Source: a virus
Lineage: Duplodnaviria; Caudoviricetes
DNA: 55,529 bases
IMG/VR virus record: IMGVR_UViG_3300025030_000131
Location: 1-55,529 of that record
Reading direction: 5' to 3' (one strand)
Positions 17,197 through 27,002 of the stretch are shown here, in pieces. The notes under the pieces are model-generated. The model did not search any database. It saw only the letters and a list, made by a program, of their open reading frames with translations, and had not been told where the DNA came from. Within the stretch, counting starts at the first letter, position 1; each line of letters begins with the position of its first letter. Both the position numbers and the translations under genes were made by a program.

Positions 17197-17273
17197 TAAA
17201 ATATGCCCCAATCCCGCTCAAAATCGCGGAATCAACCTGTTTTTTTCCCCTTGTGAGGCGTTTTGGGGGATTG

Positions 17274-17298
17274 GCCCGGCATCCTGCCGGGCTTTTCT
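17274..17298 (+). terminator. Rho-independent terminator
   Basis: GCCCGGCA-TCC-TGCCGGGC followed by TTTTCT. Confidence 0.65.
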
Positions 17299-17309
17299 GT
17301 TGTAAAACC

Positions 17310-17338
17310 TTGACAAGCGCCTCCCCCTTGCGTATAAT
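17310..17338 (+). promoter_or_regulatory. Consensus sigma70 promoter
   Basis: TTGACA-17 bp-TATAAT, perfect match. Confidence 0.8.
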
Positions 17339-17372
17339 AGGGAAAAACACACACAGAAAGAGAGATAAAAAT

Positions 17373-17582
17373 ATGCTAACAGACCGCCCGTTATCCCACG
17401 CTGAAAGTAAGTTGCTTGTCCGTTGGTTGCGCTCCAACAAAGGAGTCGCTGAGGACTCCTTTTCCCTGGATTACTTCTATAAAATCACCATCGCTGAGAT
17501 CGTCGAGCGATTGAAACAGGACAAAATCCAAGTCAAGGAACAGGAAGTCCTGGCCGGCATCCGCCGCCTGGTGGTTGCGTGA
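17373..17582 (+). CDS. Hypothetical protein
   Basis: First ATG after the consensus promoter. Confidence 0.55.
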   Translation: MLTDRPLSHAESKLLVRWLRSNKGVAEDSFSLDYFYKITIAEIVERLKQDKIQVKEQEVLAGIRRLVVA

Positions 17583-17857
17583 AATTCATTTCCTCCCCGC
17601 TCCGCGATCCCCTGTGGCTTGCTATGTTTATTCCCCTCAAGCCGTATCAACCACGACCGCCCCGCAGGTGCTTCGAGTCGCGCGAAATAGTAAATGGCTG
17701 GTATGGATATGGAATGACGAGGGATACGAGACTGGAGGTTTTATGAATTTCCTGCGCGGACCGGGCGGAACCTGCCTGATCTATGTGATTTGCGCCATAG
17801 CGCTGGTTCTGAGTGGATTGACTATCTATTTTATTTTCTTTTGGAAAGGATGACATC

Positions 17858-18481
17858 ATGACAAACAACCTAGAAACAGAAAACAGCGGGCGGGGATGTA
17901 TTCAACTCCTCAGCCTGGTTGCGTTTATTTGGGGGGCAATGATGATGTTTCCCAAAACGGTGGATCTGCTTACCAACTTCTCCCCCAACGAATTCATGGG
18001 TTATACCGATATGGCCGGCTGGTGGGCTATGGGTTCCGCCCTCCTGATCGAGGGTGTAATGGTCATTATGAAGATCAAAACCTGGGTCAGCCCATCCCGT
18101 AACCTGGTTGAATGGCTTTGGGATATTATTTTGTCTGTTTCCCCGTTCATCCTGTCCACATTCGCACAGATATTTGATGGGATGTTGGTACGCGATACGC
18201 TCTCTGAGCAACCGGCAGAAATTCAACTTCTGGTAACGTGGCTGGTGCCCGGCCTGCCTTCCATCATGATCGGACTTCTCATCGCCTTCGCATTGGTGGA
18301 ATCGGCGCCTGCCGGACTCTTCGGCGGGATGAGGGTAGGTAGTGTTGGCAATCCCCGCCTGCCAACACTCAAAAACCCATTTACAGCCCTGCGTGATTGG
18401 TGGCAGCGCGGTCCCAATCCCTCCAACACCAAGGGGAGTGGTAAGGCAAACCCTACCAAACTGCCAACACCTCAGCCCTAG
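17858..18481 (+). CDS. Multi-pass membrane protein
   Basis: About four hydrophobic segments; RBS AAAGGA. Confidence 0.7.
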   Translation: MTNNLETENSGRGCIQLLSLVAFIWGAMMMFPKTVDLLTNFSPNEFMGYTDMAGWWAMGSALLIEGVMVIMKIKTWVSPSRNLVEWLWDIILSVSPFILSTFAQIFDGMLVRDTLSEQPAEIQLLVTWLVPGLPSIMIGLLIAFALVESAPAGLFGGMRVGSVGNPRLPTLKNPFTALRDWWQRGPNPSNTKGSGKANPTKLPTPQP

Positions 18482-18496
18482 TGTTGGCAGAGGAGA

Positions 18497-18859
18497 ATGA
18501 CGATGAAGAAGAAATTGCCAACACCCGCCCCGATGAAACAGTCCAATTTCAAGGCTCCGACCGCCCCAATCCTGCAATTGTCCGCCGGCGCGCCTACTGG
18601 AAGGACCGCAGCAGGGCAACCCTACAAACCATCAGCAGGCGCGATCTCAGTGGACGCATCAACCCCTTATACGACGCCTATGCCTCCGATGTCTCCGAAT
18701 ATCAGAGACGTAGACGAGCAAAACGCGGCAATCCTGAGAGCCGCCGCCAATCAACTGTTGTCAGCCGGCTTCATGAGGAAAGTCAGATCCCGCAAGAGCA
18801 ACGAGGTCAAATTGTGCATGTCCCTGGATTTGTGGACGGAGGACTTGAAGCTACGCTAA
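18497..18859 (+). CDS. Hypothetical Pro-rich protein
   Basis: RBS GAGGAGA before ATG 18497; chosen over the overlapping 18481 frame. Confidence 0.5.
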   Translation: MTMKKKLPTPAPMKQSNFKAPTAPILQLSAGAPTGRTAAGQPYKPSAGAISVDASTPYTTPMPPMSPNIRDVDEQNAAILRAAANQLLSAGFMRKVRSRKSNEVKLCMSLDLWTEDLKLR

Positions 18860-18880
18860 TGCTGGCAGGAAAGGAGTCAC

Positions 18881-19258
18881 ATGAAACCTATGAGTAATTC
18901 ACTGTTGGCAATCTTTATATTGGTGTTGGCAGGCGTAGCCTGTACGAAGGCCACGCCTGCACCTGGGAGTTCCGCATCCCTGCCAACACCAACCCTTGAA
19001 TACGCCACACCCGGGTCCTTATCTGCCCCGACTCCGCCTATTGCCAACACCTGTCAGGCTGTTGTAAGCGCTGGCCAGGCAGGTGTTGGCAGACTCAGAC
19101 TTCGCTCCGGTCCTGCCAACACTTACCCGGAAATAGATGTGTTGACGGATGGGCAGGTGATCCAGGTCTTGGGAGTGGACGGCGATTGGCTCAGGGTGTT
19201 GGCAAACGGCGAGGAAGGCTATGTATACTCGGATTATGTCGAGGAGTGCGATGAGTAA
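18881..19258 (+). CDS. Lipoprotein with a bacterial SH3 domain
   Basis: Lipobox-like AGVAC, P/T linker, LRLRSGP..Y..I.VL..G..I.VLG..GDWLRV..GEEGYV. Confidence 0.8.
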   Translation: MKPMSNSLLAIFILVLAGVACTKATPAPGSSASLPTPTLEYATPGSLSAPTPPIANTCQAVVSAGQAGVGRLRLRSGPANTYPEIDVLTDGQVIQVLGVDGDWLRVLANGEEGYVYSDYVEECDE

Positions 19259-20110
19259 CCAGTTCATAAATCTAGTGGAGATACTTTGGGTGCATCTCTT
19301 CATTCTTGCCATCATCCTTGACGGCCTGATTGATTGCGAACCCGGTCAGTCCACACAGCGCCCGCCCGTAGTGGTAGAGTCTTACGGATCGTCCATCTTG
19401 CTGCATCTGCCCAAAGGATAATCCATCAAACCACTTCTGCTGATTATGGATGCGAGGCTAAATAATGCCAGTACCGCTTATTACCTATCTATATATTATT
19501 CTTGTCCTAGCTGATGTAATGTGTATACCTGTGGCAATTGTGAAGCGGGATTACCCCATACTTCATGGACTCTTATTTGCCCTGCCGTGGTTGTTGATCG
19601 GACTGTCATTTCATTACAATGTCTGCCCGTTTATTTTTTGTGCAGGATAAAAAATGAAACTCATAAAACTTCTCGCAATGTTCCTGGTTGGGTATCTGGC
19701 CTACAATCTACTGGCGTTTTGGGTTGGCTGTCTGTTTGGACTCTATCTCCCCGTTTGGGGCAGGTCTAAAAATCAAGGGGCAAGGTAATATGACTACGCA
19801 CAATGCAAATACCTCAAACCCGCCTTATGTGGTTGGGGATATTCTTGCAGGGAAGAAAACAAACTACCCGCATCTGGATGCGGTTGGGGATGTTGGTATG
19901 CTGTGTGACAGGCAGGGGCGTCCTCTTGCACATTACATGGTAATCAGGCTATATCCTGACCCAGTCACCAATGAGGTTTTGTATGTTGATATTCAACTCA
20001 ATCAAACGCGAAACCCATACAAAGTAATACCCAATCCTAACGCGACGTGTGAAATCCATAAAGTATTATTTCCATGCGCTCAGTGCGCCGTCCTGGCGAA
20101 GGAAAACTAT

Positions 20111-20150
20111 CAACAAAAAGACCCCTGACCCATCAGGGGTCTTTTTGTTG
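20111..20150. terminator. Bidirectional terminator at the convergence of the early and late arms
   Basis: Perfect 18-bp inverted repeat CAACAAAAAGACCCCTGA/TCAGGGGTCTTTTTGTTG. Confidence 0.8.
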
Positions 20151-20253
20151 TCTAAAACCGTGTATAATGAGGGTATGGAAACGCGCCCCTGTCCAAGCTA
20201 TAGCACGCCACCCGAAGCCTTGATTTCACATCCCGATCTCATGCTTCAAATAT

Positions 20254-20290
20254 AAGCCCATCATCCGGCGCGGACGATGGGCTTTTTTGT
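20254..20290 (+). terminator. Rho-independent terminator
   Basis: AAGCCCATCATCC...GGACGATGGGCTT followed by a T tract. Confidence 0.65.
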
Positions 20291-20293
20291 TAT

Positions 20294-20809
20294 CTACTTC
20301 TTGGCCGCCTTAGCCGCGGCAACTTTTGCATCATGGGCGGCAATGCTGTGAGACTTACCCACGAATGACCCACGCAGTACGTTTGCATAGAACTTCCTGG
20401 AAATCAGATCCGACATCCACACAAACAACGGCATAATCAATGCGCCGAAGTTGGCGAAGTCCTGCGCCAATTGATCGAGCCTGATGACTGCCAGCCATTC
20501 CGCGGCGTTAGGGAACCACAACGGAACGAAGTAGATAGCCAATGCCAGGATCAATATACTTGCCAGCCTCCAGTTTTGCGCGCTACCGTCAGGGAAGTAT
20601 TGGGGCAGGTACATCTTTCCCAACTGGATCAGGAATGACAGGGCTGATCCGACTCCCACCGAGGCCATAAGCGCGGTGAAGATCGAATTTAAAATGGCGA
20701 AGGGAGTCGGCTCTGCCGTCTCGGACAGTCCAAGCCCGACCTGGGCCGGCTGGATGAACAGGGCGGCAATGAACAGAACGATCACGATGGGTGTGAATAT
20801 CTTTGACAT
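20294..20809 (-). CDS. Membrane protein (holin-like)
   Basis: Several hydrophobic helices and a basic C-terminus; end of the lysis region. Confidence 0.55.
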   Translation of the reverse strand: MSKIFTPIVIVLFIAALFIQPAQVGLGLSETAEPTPFAILNSIFTALMASVGVGSALSFLIQLGKMYLPQYFPDGSAQNWRLASILILALAIYFVPLWFPNAAEWLAVIRLDQLAQDFANFGALIMPLFVWMSDLISRKFYANVLRGSFVGKSHSIAAHDAKVAAAKAAKK

Positions 20810-20845
20810 TTATTTTCTCCTTTTCTTTGACAGGCACATGCCTGT

Positions 20846-21778
20846 TTATAAATAACTTTTCACTGCTTCAACTACCTGCGACGGGCAAAATTCTTTTCCA
20901 ATGATCCTCCGCCTCCAGTCCATTATCATTTCATCCGATCTTCCCGCCGCCCTGATTAGTCCGAGTGTATCATCTACCGCAAGGATGTCCAATGGATACA
21001 TGAGTATATCCCTGTATTTCTCCCACGAACTGACGAACTTGAACGTGTCCTCGCTTCCGCCGTTCCGTGGTGGGGTATCCTCACTCATCATCAGGGTGGG
21101 AATTCCCAATGCCACGCTGGTATAGGCGTAGGTCTGGTGCCCTACAACCAGGTCGGCCCGCCGTGCATGTTCAAAATTCAGGTTTGTTTTTCCTTCAATA
21201 TAGGTTACATATCGTTCTTTTGTCAGGCCGTTTCCCTCGATTCCCCGTATATAACGCACGGTCAATACTATGTCCCCATTTTTGGCTAGTTTCAACAATC
21301 TGGAAAAGGTTGCTGCGTTGATGTCTTTGTCTAGTTTTGAAAGGAATCCGCTGCGGGTGGGATGGATCGGCGCGAATAAAATTTTGTGTGGCTTTTCACA
21401 GGGCTTGAAAGACTCTATGGGTGAGTACGACCAGCCCGCCACATGCAGGGGCTTGGAATAGCCGTAGGCACGCAGTATATCTACGTGCCCATCCGCTGCT
21501 ACAAATTGGGCGGTTGTATATGGGGAGGACGGGAATAATCCATCCCAGGCGATCCCCGGCCTTGCGGCATGGGGATAGATGAATAACCTTGATGCGCCTG
21601 TTTTTAGTTTTGGGATGAGCGTATTTACCCTGCCCGGATTATCTATGTCAATCAGGATGATCTGGGCCTGGGATGCCGCGACGTTACGAAAGCCGGCATC
21701 ATTCAAGGCTTTGACATAGGCAGAACCCTTGCCTTGATGATTGTAGCAAAAAACACTTCCATCCTTGATGTTATTCAT
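20846..21778 (-). CDS. Putative GT-B-fold glycosyltransferase-like protein
   Basis: FIYPHAA, KILFAPIHP, ADLVVGHQTYAY..VALGIPT (weak GT-B signature). Confidence 0.5.
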   Translation of the reverse strand: MNNIKDGSVFCYNHQGKGSAYVKALNDAGFRNVAASQAQIILIDIDNPGRVNTLIPKLKTGASRLFIYPHAARPGIAWDGLFPSSPYTTAQFVAADGHVDILRAYGYSKPLHVAGWSYSPIESFKPCEKPHKILFAPIHPTRSGFLSKLDKDINAATFSRLLKLAKNGDIVLTVRYIRGIEGNGLTKERYVTYIEGKTNLNFEHARRADLVVGHQTYAYTSVALGIPTLMMSEDTPPRNGGSEDTFKFVSSWEKYRDILMYPLDILAVDDTLGLIRAAGRSDEMIMDWRRRIIGKEFCPSQVVEAVKSYL

Positions 21779-21779
21779 T

Positions 21780-22541
21780 TTATTGCATTCCCATTCTGGA
21801 TAACAGCCCATCTGAATGATCCACCCATTCGAGACCCACCTTGTCCATCTGTGGTTTGATGGCAAGCAAGAATTGCGCTGTCTCGATCCAAAACCACATG
21901 GTATTCACTCCAAGATGCTCTGTAAAGTTCTTGGGCTTGAAATATACGTTCGGCTGATAGGATGGATATTTATAGGCATGATGATCCTGTCCTTCACGGA
22001 ATTGCAGATCATATCCTATGGTATGCACTTGTTTGCATCCCAGGATGCCTGCATGATGAAGCAGTTGCAGCCCAACAGTTCCCACGGCGAGTTTTAGCTC
22101 TCCGATGGCATCTTTATTTTTCATTGGGGAACCTTTGATATAGCCGGCACCATAATGGCGAAACGAGAAGTCTTCCGGCACGGCATCCGGTTCGAACATG
22201 GGCCGCTTTGAGACAGAGATTACATTATCTAGATTCTTCAAAAGCTCGACGCTTTTCCTGAACACAAGCCGAACTTTCGGGCCGGTACGATTGAGCATTT
22301 CCATCATGGCCTTGCCATAGGAATCACCTTTACGGGCAAGGCTGGCAGACCTTCGCATGTTCTCGATGCACATCCAATAATCCAAATCAGGGATCATGGA
22401 ATTTACCCCATTTGCACCCAAGACAACATCAGGCTTGATCTTGTCTGCCAATTCCTTCCAACCCAAAGCAGACGGCCCTCCCAAGACTATTAATGCGGCT
22501 TTGTTGTGAAACTTCCCAACATGTTCATTTATGTCATTCAT
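21780..22541 (-). CDS. Putative GT-A/sialyltransferase-like (DUF115/MptE-like) protein
   Basis: ALIVLGGPSA, V.GAN, DYW.C.E, LHHAGILGCKQVHTIGYD. Confidence 0.55.
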   Translation of the reverse strand: MNDINEHVGKFHNKAALIVLGGPSALGWKELADKIKPDVVLGANGVNSMIPDLDYWMCIENMRRSASLARKGDSYGKAMMEMLNRTGPKVRLVFRKSVELLKNLDNVISVSKRPMFEPDAVPEDFSFRHYGAGYIKGSPMKNKDAIGELKLAVGTVGLQLLHHAGILGCKQVHTIGYDLQFREGQDHHAYKYPSYQPNVYFKPKNFTEHLGVNTMWFWIETAQFLLAIKPQMDKVGLEWVDHSDGLLSRMGMQ

Positions 22542-22548
22542 TCGAGTC

Positions 22549-22914
22549 CTATCTCAGCCAGAATGTTGCATATAGACTTAAAATTAGTCCTATTATCGAA
22601 AAGAAAAACGAAGCACCTGTGAAAAAGAGTCCAACCCAAACAAGCCACGTTGCCGCTTTACTCTCTGCAATGGCCTTATAAGTGTTTAGTTCGTCAAGCG
22701 ACTTATCAATAGATTCAAATTTCACAGCAACCTCAGCGCGTGTAGGTGACTTGGCGGATTGTTCACGCAATGCTTCTCGAAATTCATTCATAGAATCAAG
22801 CCGTTTTTCCATTGAGAGACGCGCCTGTTCAATACGAATGTTCAATTCATCCAATTTTGAGTCGTTATAAGCCTTCATTGACTCAAAAGACCATATCTCT
22901 TTTTGTTTGTCCAT
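22549..22914 (-). CDS. Coiled-coil protein with a C-terminal TM helix (lysis-module accessory)
   Basis: EKRLDSMNEFREAL; hydrophobic C-terminus. Confidence 0.6.
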   Translation of the reverse strand: MDKQKEIWSFESMKAYNDSKLDELNIRIEQARLSMEKRLDSMNEFREALREQSAKSPTRAEVAVKFESIDKSLDELNTYKAIAESKAATWLVWVGLFFTGASFFFSIIGLILSLYATFWLR

Positions 22915-22926
22915 CTAGCTTTTTTC

Positions 22927-23250
22927 CTAATTGCTGTTCTCTACCAAGTTCTTGAGCAGGGGTAGAACCTGTATTATGGTGATAATCGTGGTTATAGCAA
23001 CTGCAACAAACTGACCAATAAAAGTGATGGCAAGAGTTGTCACCCAGAACCTTATGGACTTCATGAATTCGGTCAATACGTGAACATCCTCTTTTAGAGG
23101 TGCATTGCCGCCACTGCCGCGTATCAATATATCATCATGCTCTTTGGTAAGTGTTTTCACAAAACCCACCTCGGACGCCAAACTCCTGACCGTTGCAACA
23201 AGGTCAATTATGTCTTTTTCAAGCTGATCTAAACGCTCTGAGCTTTTCAT
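22927..23250 (-). CDS. Holin/XhlA-like protein
   Basis: N-terminal coiled coil and C-terminal TM helix; downstream of the endolysin. Confidence 0.5.
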   Translation of the reverse strand: MKSSERLDQLEKDIIDLVATVRSLASEVGFVKTLTKEHDDILIRGSGGNAPLKEDVHVLTEFMKSIRFWVTTLAITFIGQFVAVAITTIITIIQVLPLLKNLVENSN

Positions 23251-23294
23251 AAGGTTCTTTTTGTTTACCTAATACCTTTCCGGGACATAAAGAC

Positions 23295-24233
23295 TCAATA
23301 GATGGGTAAATTGTAGGGACTGTACCTTGCGCCGTTATCTACTAACTTGATTGATCTCTTTTCAATGTACGAAATCCCATCTCGCGTTCCATAGGGATAG
23401 GGAGTACCCAACTTGGGAAAATTATACGGAGGAAGCAAGTCAAGACATGCTTCTAATTGCGGCCATCCCGAAATTACCCAGGTTCCATTGGGAAGTTTTA
23501 CCGTTGTTTGCTCGGTAGCCCAATGCAATCTCCAGGGTTCTTGAAGTGCCTGTTCATACGTCGGCGGAGATTTGGAAAAGTTATAAGTTTCGACTGCCCA
23601 ATACTTATCATCAGTTCCAAGAAGTCTGACCAGATTGTTTCGCAGGACAATCGCGCAATTCCACTGATACGGGTCTTGTCCAGGATTACGATTTGTGACA
23701 GCATCGAACCTATTACGCTCTACAGGATGTCCGTCTGTAATCGCACGGGATATTTTAATAAAATCACCATACGCAAACATAAGGCTGCCCGGTGTAAATT
23801 TCGCATAGATCGTACCGTACTTATCATACCGTTCACGTTCCTCCCACGGAATGCGAGTTTCGACTTTTACTTTATCAATGATCTTTTCAGTATAGAAATA
23901 CTCTATCTTTCCACGAGGCAAACGACCCTCTGTTACGTGATCGAATAAACCATGAAGCCATCCATGCCACACGGGAGGAAGGTTTATGTATTCGTAATTC
24001 TGACCTTCAAACTTTGGGCGACCCTTTTCAGTGGCAGGCACTGCATAGTCGGGAAATGTATTGCCTCCAGCTATTTGCCGGGGCTGATAATCGTATTCTA
24101 TACTTTCGTAATCAGGCAACACAATCCCATACCGCTTACCATCAGCAGGTACTGTCAACCCGGTATCCCTGCGGACAAACTCTACGGGCGGTTGCTTGTC
24201 CCCTGCAAAGAGTCTTACCCTGATCTGAACCAT
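23295..24233 (-). CDS. Hypothetical protein
   Basis: 312-aa ORF overlapping the endolysin end. Confidence 0.65.
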   Translation of the reverse strand: MVQIRVRLFAGDKQPPVEFVRRDTGLTVPADGKRYGIVLPDYESIEYDYQPRQIAGGNTFPDYAVPATEKGRPKFEGQNYEYINLPPVWHGWLHGLFDHVTEGRLPRGKIEYFYTEKIIDKVKVETRIPWEERERYDKYGTIYAKFTPGSLMFAYGDFIKISRAITDGHPVERNRFDAVTNRNPGQDPYQWNCAIVLRNNLVRLLGTDDKYWAVETYNFSKSPPTYEQALQEPWRLHWATEQTTVKLPNGTWVISGWPQLEACLDLLPPYNFPKLGTPYPYGTRDGISYIEKRSIKLVDNGARYSPYNLPIY

Positions 24234-25405
24234 TGTACATCCGGGTTTATGCCGTCACCTACAAATACCTCAACTTTGGTTGTGGGGTTTGGGTTCATGA
24301 CTCTGACACGCAGGACTTCCTCACCATTCACCAAGACAAACTTCTGAGTAAACTCAATCTCTCGAAACTCCTTGATGGGTTCTTCAACTGGTGGGGGTTC
24401 GGGGGTTGGTTCTGGTTCTGGTGTGGGGGGTGGCTCAGTTCCAGGCGGTTCAATCTCATTACTCAAAATCAAGTTGGCTGTTGTGACTTTACAAGGTTTT
24501 GCCAACGGGACTTTTGTTTTATCAGCTTTGTAGTAGTGGGAGAAATTTATAATATCCGTCCCTGCTACACTTTTTTCACCATATACGTACTGTCCGCCGA
24601 AGAGAGTTGCCAGTTGAGCACTCCCATCCATTGGCTTAATGTTGCTCTGTGTTCCTGCTTTTGCTACACCTTTCATGGTTGCCTCCGCAAACATTCTAAT
24701 TTTTATTCCCTGCCCAATAGCAGGGTTGGATAACATAAATCTCTTACGAAATTCCTCTTCATTTCCGTTGAAATAACTCAGGTCAATGTTTCCACTGGCT
24801 ACACCGTAATCTGCACCAATTCCATTGTCCGTATATTGCCACAATGTCCAGTCAGTCCAGGGCTTTGGGATTAGCGGCTTGGACACTCCGTAGTTTGCAA
24901 TCCATAAATCATACTGTTTGAAATAATCCAGTGATGCCGCAGGTATGCTTACTCCAATTGTATTCTCGAACCACCAATAATAGCCAGTATAGATAAGGAT
25001 TTCCTTGCCTGGCAAAAGTTGTTTGAGACGTTCAATAAAAGTGTACCAGTTCTCCCATCCTTGATATAGACCATTATAGTTCTCTTCAAGGTCTACAAAC
25101 AGGGGCAACTCTCCCGAGTCATCACCAAGCAGACTCACCCACAGCTCCGCTTGACGTTTTGGTTCGGCCCGACTGTCAAAGAACCAGTATGAGCCTCGAT
25201 ACATTCCTGCCCGCTTTGCATTTGTCCATGAGACACTAAACATCCTGTCAGGCCAAAGGTTCTGTCCAGCACGAATGATGACAGCGGGAGTCATGGTTCG
25301 CATCCTGGAAAAGTCAATATATTGAGTGACTTCTCGAAGCGTCAAATCCTTGAACTTATATTGATAAAACGAAACATCAGGTCCGATTATTTTTGTATTA
25401 GGCAT
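24215..25405 (-). CDS. Endolysin, GH25 muramidase with a C-terminal extension
   Basis: GPDVSFYQ, RGSYWFF, LFVDLEE, IYTGYYWW, LWIANY, WTLWQYT, IDLSYFNG. Confidence 0.9.
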   Translation of the reverse strand: MPNTKIIGPDVSFYQYKFKDLTLREVTQYIDFSRMRTMTPAVIIRAGQNLWPDRMFSVSWTNAKRAGMYRGSYWFFDSRAEPKRQAELWVSLLGDDSGELPLFVDLEENYNGLYQGWENWYTFIERLKQLLPGKEILIYTGYYWWFENTIGVSIPAASLDYFKQYDLWIANYGVSKPLIPKPWTDWTLWQYTDNGIGADYGVASGNIDLSYFNGNEEEFRKRFMLSNPAIGQGIKIRMFAEATMKGVAKAGTQSNIKPMDGSAQLATLFGGQYVYGEKSVAGTDIINFSHYYKADKTKVPLAKPCKVTTANLILSNEIEPPGTEPPPTPEPEPTPEPPPVEEPIKEFREIEFTQKFVLVNGEEVLRVRVMNPNPTTKVEVFVGDGINPDVQWFRSG

Positions 25406-25543
25406 AGCCTATCCTCTTTAGTATGGCAACAATGACTGCTTTCAGTTCATCAACCGTCTTGGCAGCATCAACCTGCGCAAGCAGGGACACTGGCGTTGGC
25501 AGCACTTTGTCCGACGGTTTGGTTTTACCGATCTTTTTTGTCA

Positions 25544-25816
25544 TCACATACTCTCCACCAGTGACGGCACGCCGTTAATGTATGAAATGTAATACCGGCC
25601 GCTCTCGCTATAGATAGCCTTCGCCACGTCATTCCCCAGCACCGGGCTTGTGTTTTCGTCCAGATTAAAGACACCGTGGCTGGTTGGCGGGTTGTCGTAT
25701 TTACCGCCTGGTAAAACGTTGAGAAAGCCATCGGTTTCAAATGTGTCTGCGTTCAAACATACACCGACCTGAAAACGCATTAGCCTCCCCGAAGTTTTAT
25801 CGAAAATGACAATCAT
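25544..25816 (-). CDS. Hypothetical protein
   Basis: 90-aa ORF coupled to its neighbours. Confidence 0.55.
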   Translation of the reverse strand: MIVIFDKTSGRLMRFQVGVCLNADTFETDGFLNVLPGGKYDNPPTSHGVFNLDENTSPVLGNDVAKAIYSESGRYYISYINGVPSLVESM

Positions 25817-26130
25817 TCTTTGCTCCTATTCTGTGCAGCCAGCCACCCACCGAGCGCCACTGCGCCGCCGCTGAAAGCCAAGCCATATATAATTGCCTGC
25901 GCCGTGATTCCATGTAGAATAACGGCAATACCAACACCAGCCCAAACCGAAACACAGACAACGCACGTCACGCCGAGAGACGCCCATCTTCGGAAAAATG
26001 ATAATTCTTCGGGCGGGGTGTTTTGCTTGGTAATCCAATACCGAAACGGCGCAGAGATCATGTCTTGTCCTATGATTTGCGCCAGACGATAAGTCGCTAA
26101 AATCCCGACCAGTAGTATTACGATGTTCAT
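25813..26130 (-). CDS. DUF1360-like membrane protein
   Basis: LATYRLAQII.QD.I.APFR and TCVVCVSVW. Confidence 0.7.
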   Translation of the reverse strand: MNIVILLVGILATYRLAQIIGQDMISAPFRYWITKQNTPPEELSFFRRWASLGVTCVVCVSVWAGVGIAVILHGITAQAIIYGLAFSGGAVALGGWLAAQNRSKE

Positions 26131-26462
26131 TTCACGCTCCATTTCACATTGTTGAATAAGGATTGGCGAAGGCGCCACGTCTGCGCATAACTTGCGTGTG
26201 CTACCCACGATTTTAGGTGCCTTCTTACTGTCGCCGCATCCTTGCGGCCAATGCGATACAAGTAAGCTAATTGATGCACCATACGTGCGGCTCGGATCAC
26301 ATTGCGACGCGTCAGTCGGCGAACTCCAGGTCGTAACACTCGAAACCCAAGCCAATTGATGCCGGCGCTAACCGGGCTCAATATTGTACGAGTGGGGTTG
26401 AGGGTAAGACCTAATCCATGCAAGAAAATTACTATGGCTTCCCGCCACAGTGCAAGTTGCTG
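26127..26462 (-). pseudogene. C-terminal remnant of the DGR reverse transcriptase
   Basis: QLALWREAIVIFLHGLGLTLNPTRT...GINWLGFRV...SWVAHASYAQTWRLR (domains 6-7/thumb); no YxDD or N-terminal domains. Confidence 0.85.
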
Positions 26463-26551
26463 TTGGCGTTCCGCGGCGAGTTGTTGCCGTTGACCGTCCA
26501 GCCACCCGCGTTAGTCGAGTTGTTCCAGTTGCCGCCGCGGAGGAGGGCGCG
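26456..26551 (-). repeat. DGR template repeat (TR), 3'-truncated
   Basis: 96-bp ungapped match to the VR; AAC-rich; all 11 mismatches at TR adenines. Confidence 0.95.
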
Positions 26552-26568
26552 TAAGGTCCTGACCCCAG

Positions 26569-26952
26569 TCATACAGCATGCTCCAGGTAATAGTTGTGTG
26601 GAACGCTTTTATCAAGCGTGGCCCTCAACCATCCCCAAAGCAGCCGACCGACTTCGTCTAATAGTCCGGCGGCGTATTCATATTGCCGGAAGGCAATGTA
26701 CTTAAGCTCCATCGCCAGGCGAATAAGCGTTTTTAGTTGTCTCAACTTCACGACCAGGTCAGCCAGTGTGGCGGTTTTGCTTTGTTCTGCGTTGGCTTGT
26801 ATTGCGCCCAACATGATATCTGTCGCCAGTTTCTGTGTTTGCTCACCCAGCACGTAACGTTGAGTTTTGGGGTAGTTGGCAACAATAGGATAGAGCCATT
26901 TACAAAACTGATACAACCGATCATGAATGATGAGATGTTGTTTTTCTGCCAT
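26569..26952 (-). CDS. avd: DGR accessory variability determinant (four-helix bundle)
   Basis: YPKTQRYVLGEQ, LKTLIRLAMELKYI...YEY....LDEVGRLLWGW; located between VR and TR. Confidence 0.9.
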   Translation of the reverse strand: MAEKQHLIIHDRLYQFCKWLYPIVANYPKTQRYVLGEQTQKLATDIMLGAIQANAEQSKTATLADLVVKLRQLKTLIRLAMELKYIAFRQYEYAAGLLDEVGRLLWGWLRATLDKSVPHNYYLEHAV

Positions 26953-27002
26953 TGTTTAAGTCCAGATTACGGATTGTCAGATTACAGATTTCAGGAGAGA
27001 AA

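Noticed and set aside
25813-26355. 180-aa ORF as listed in the ORF track
   Set aside because: The N-terminal part overlaps the RT remnant in another frame; the real start is likely ATG 26130
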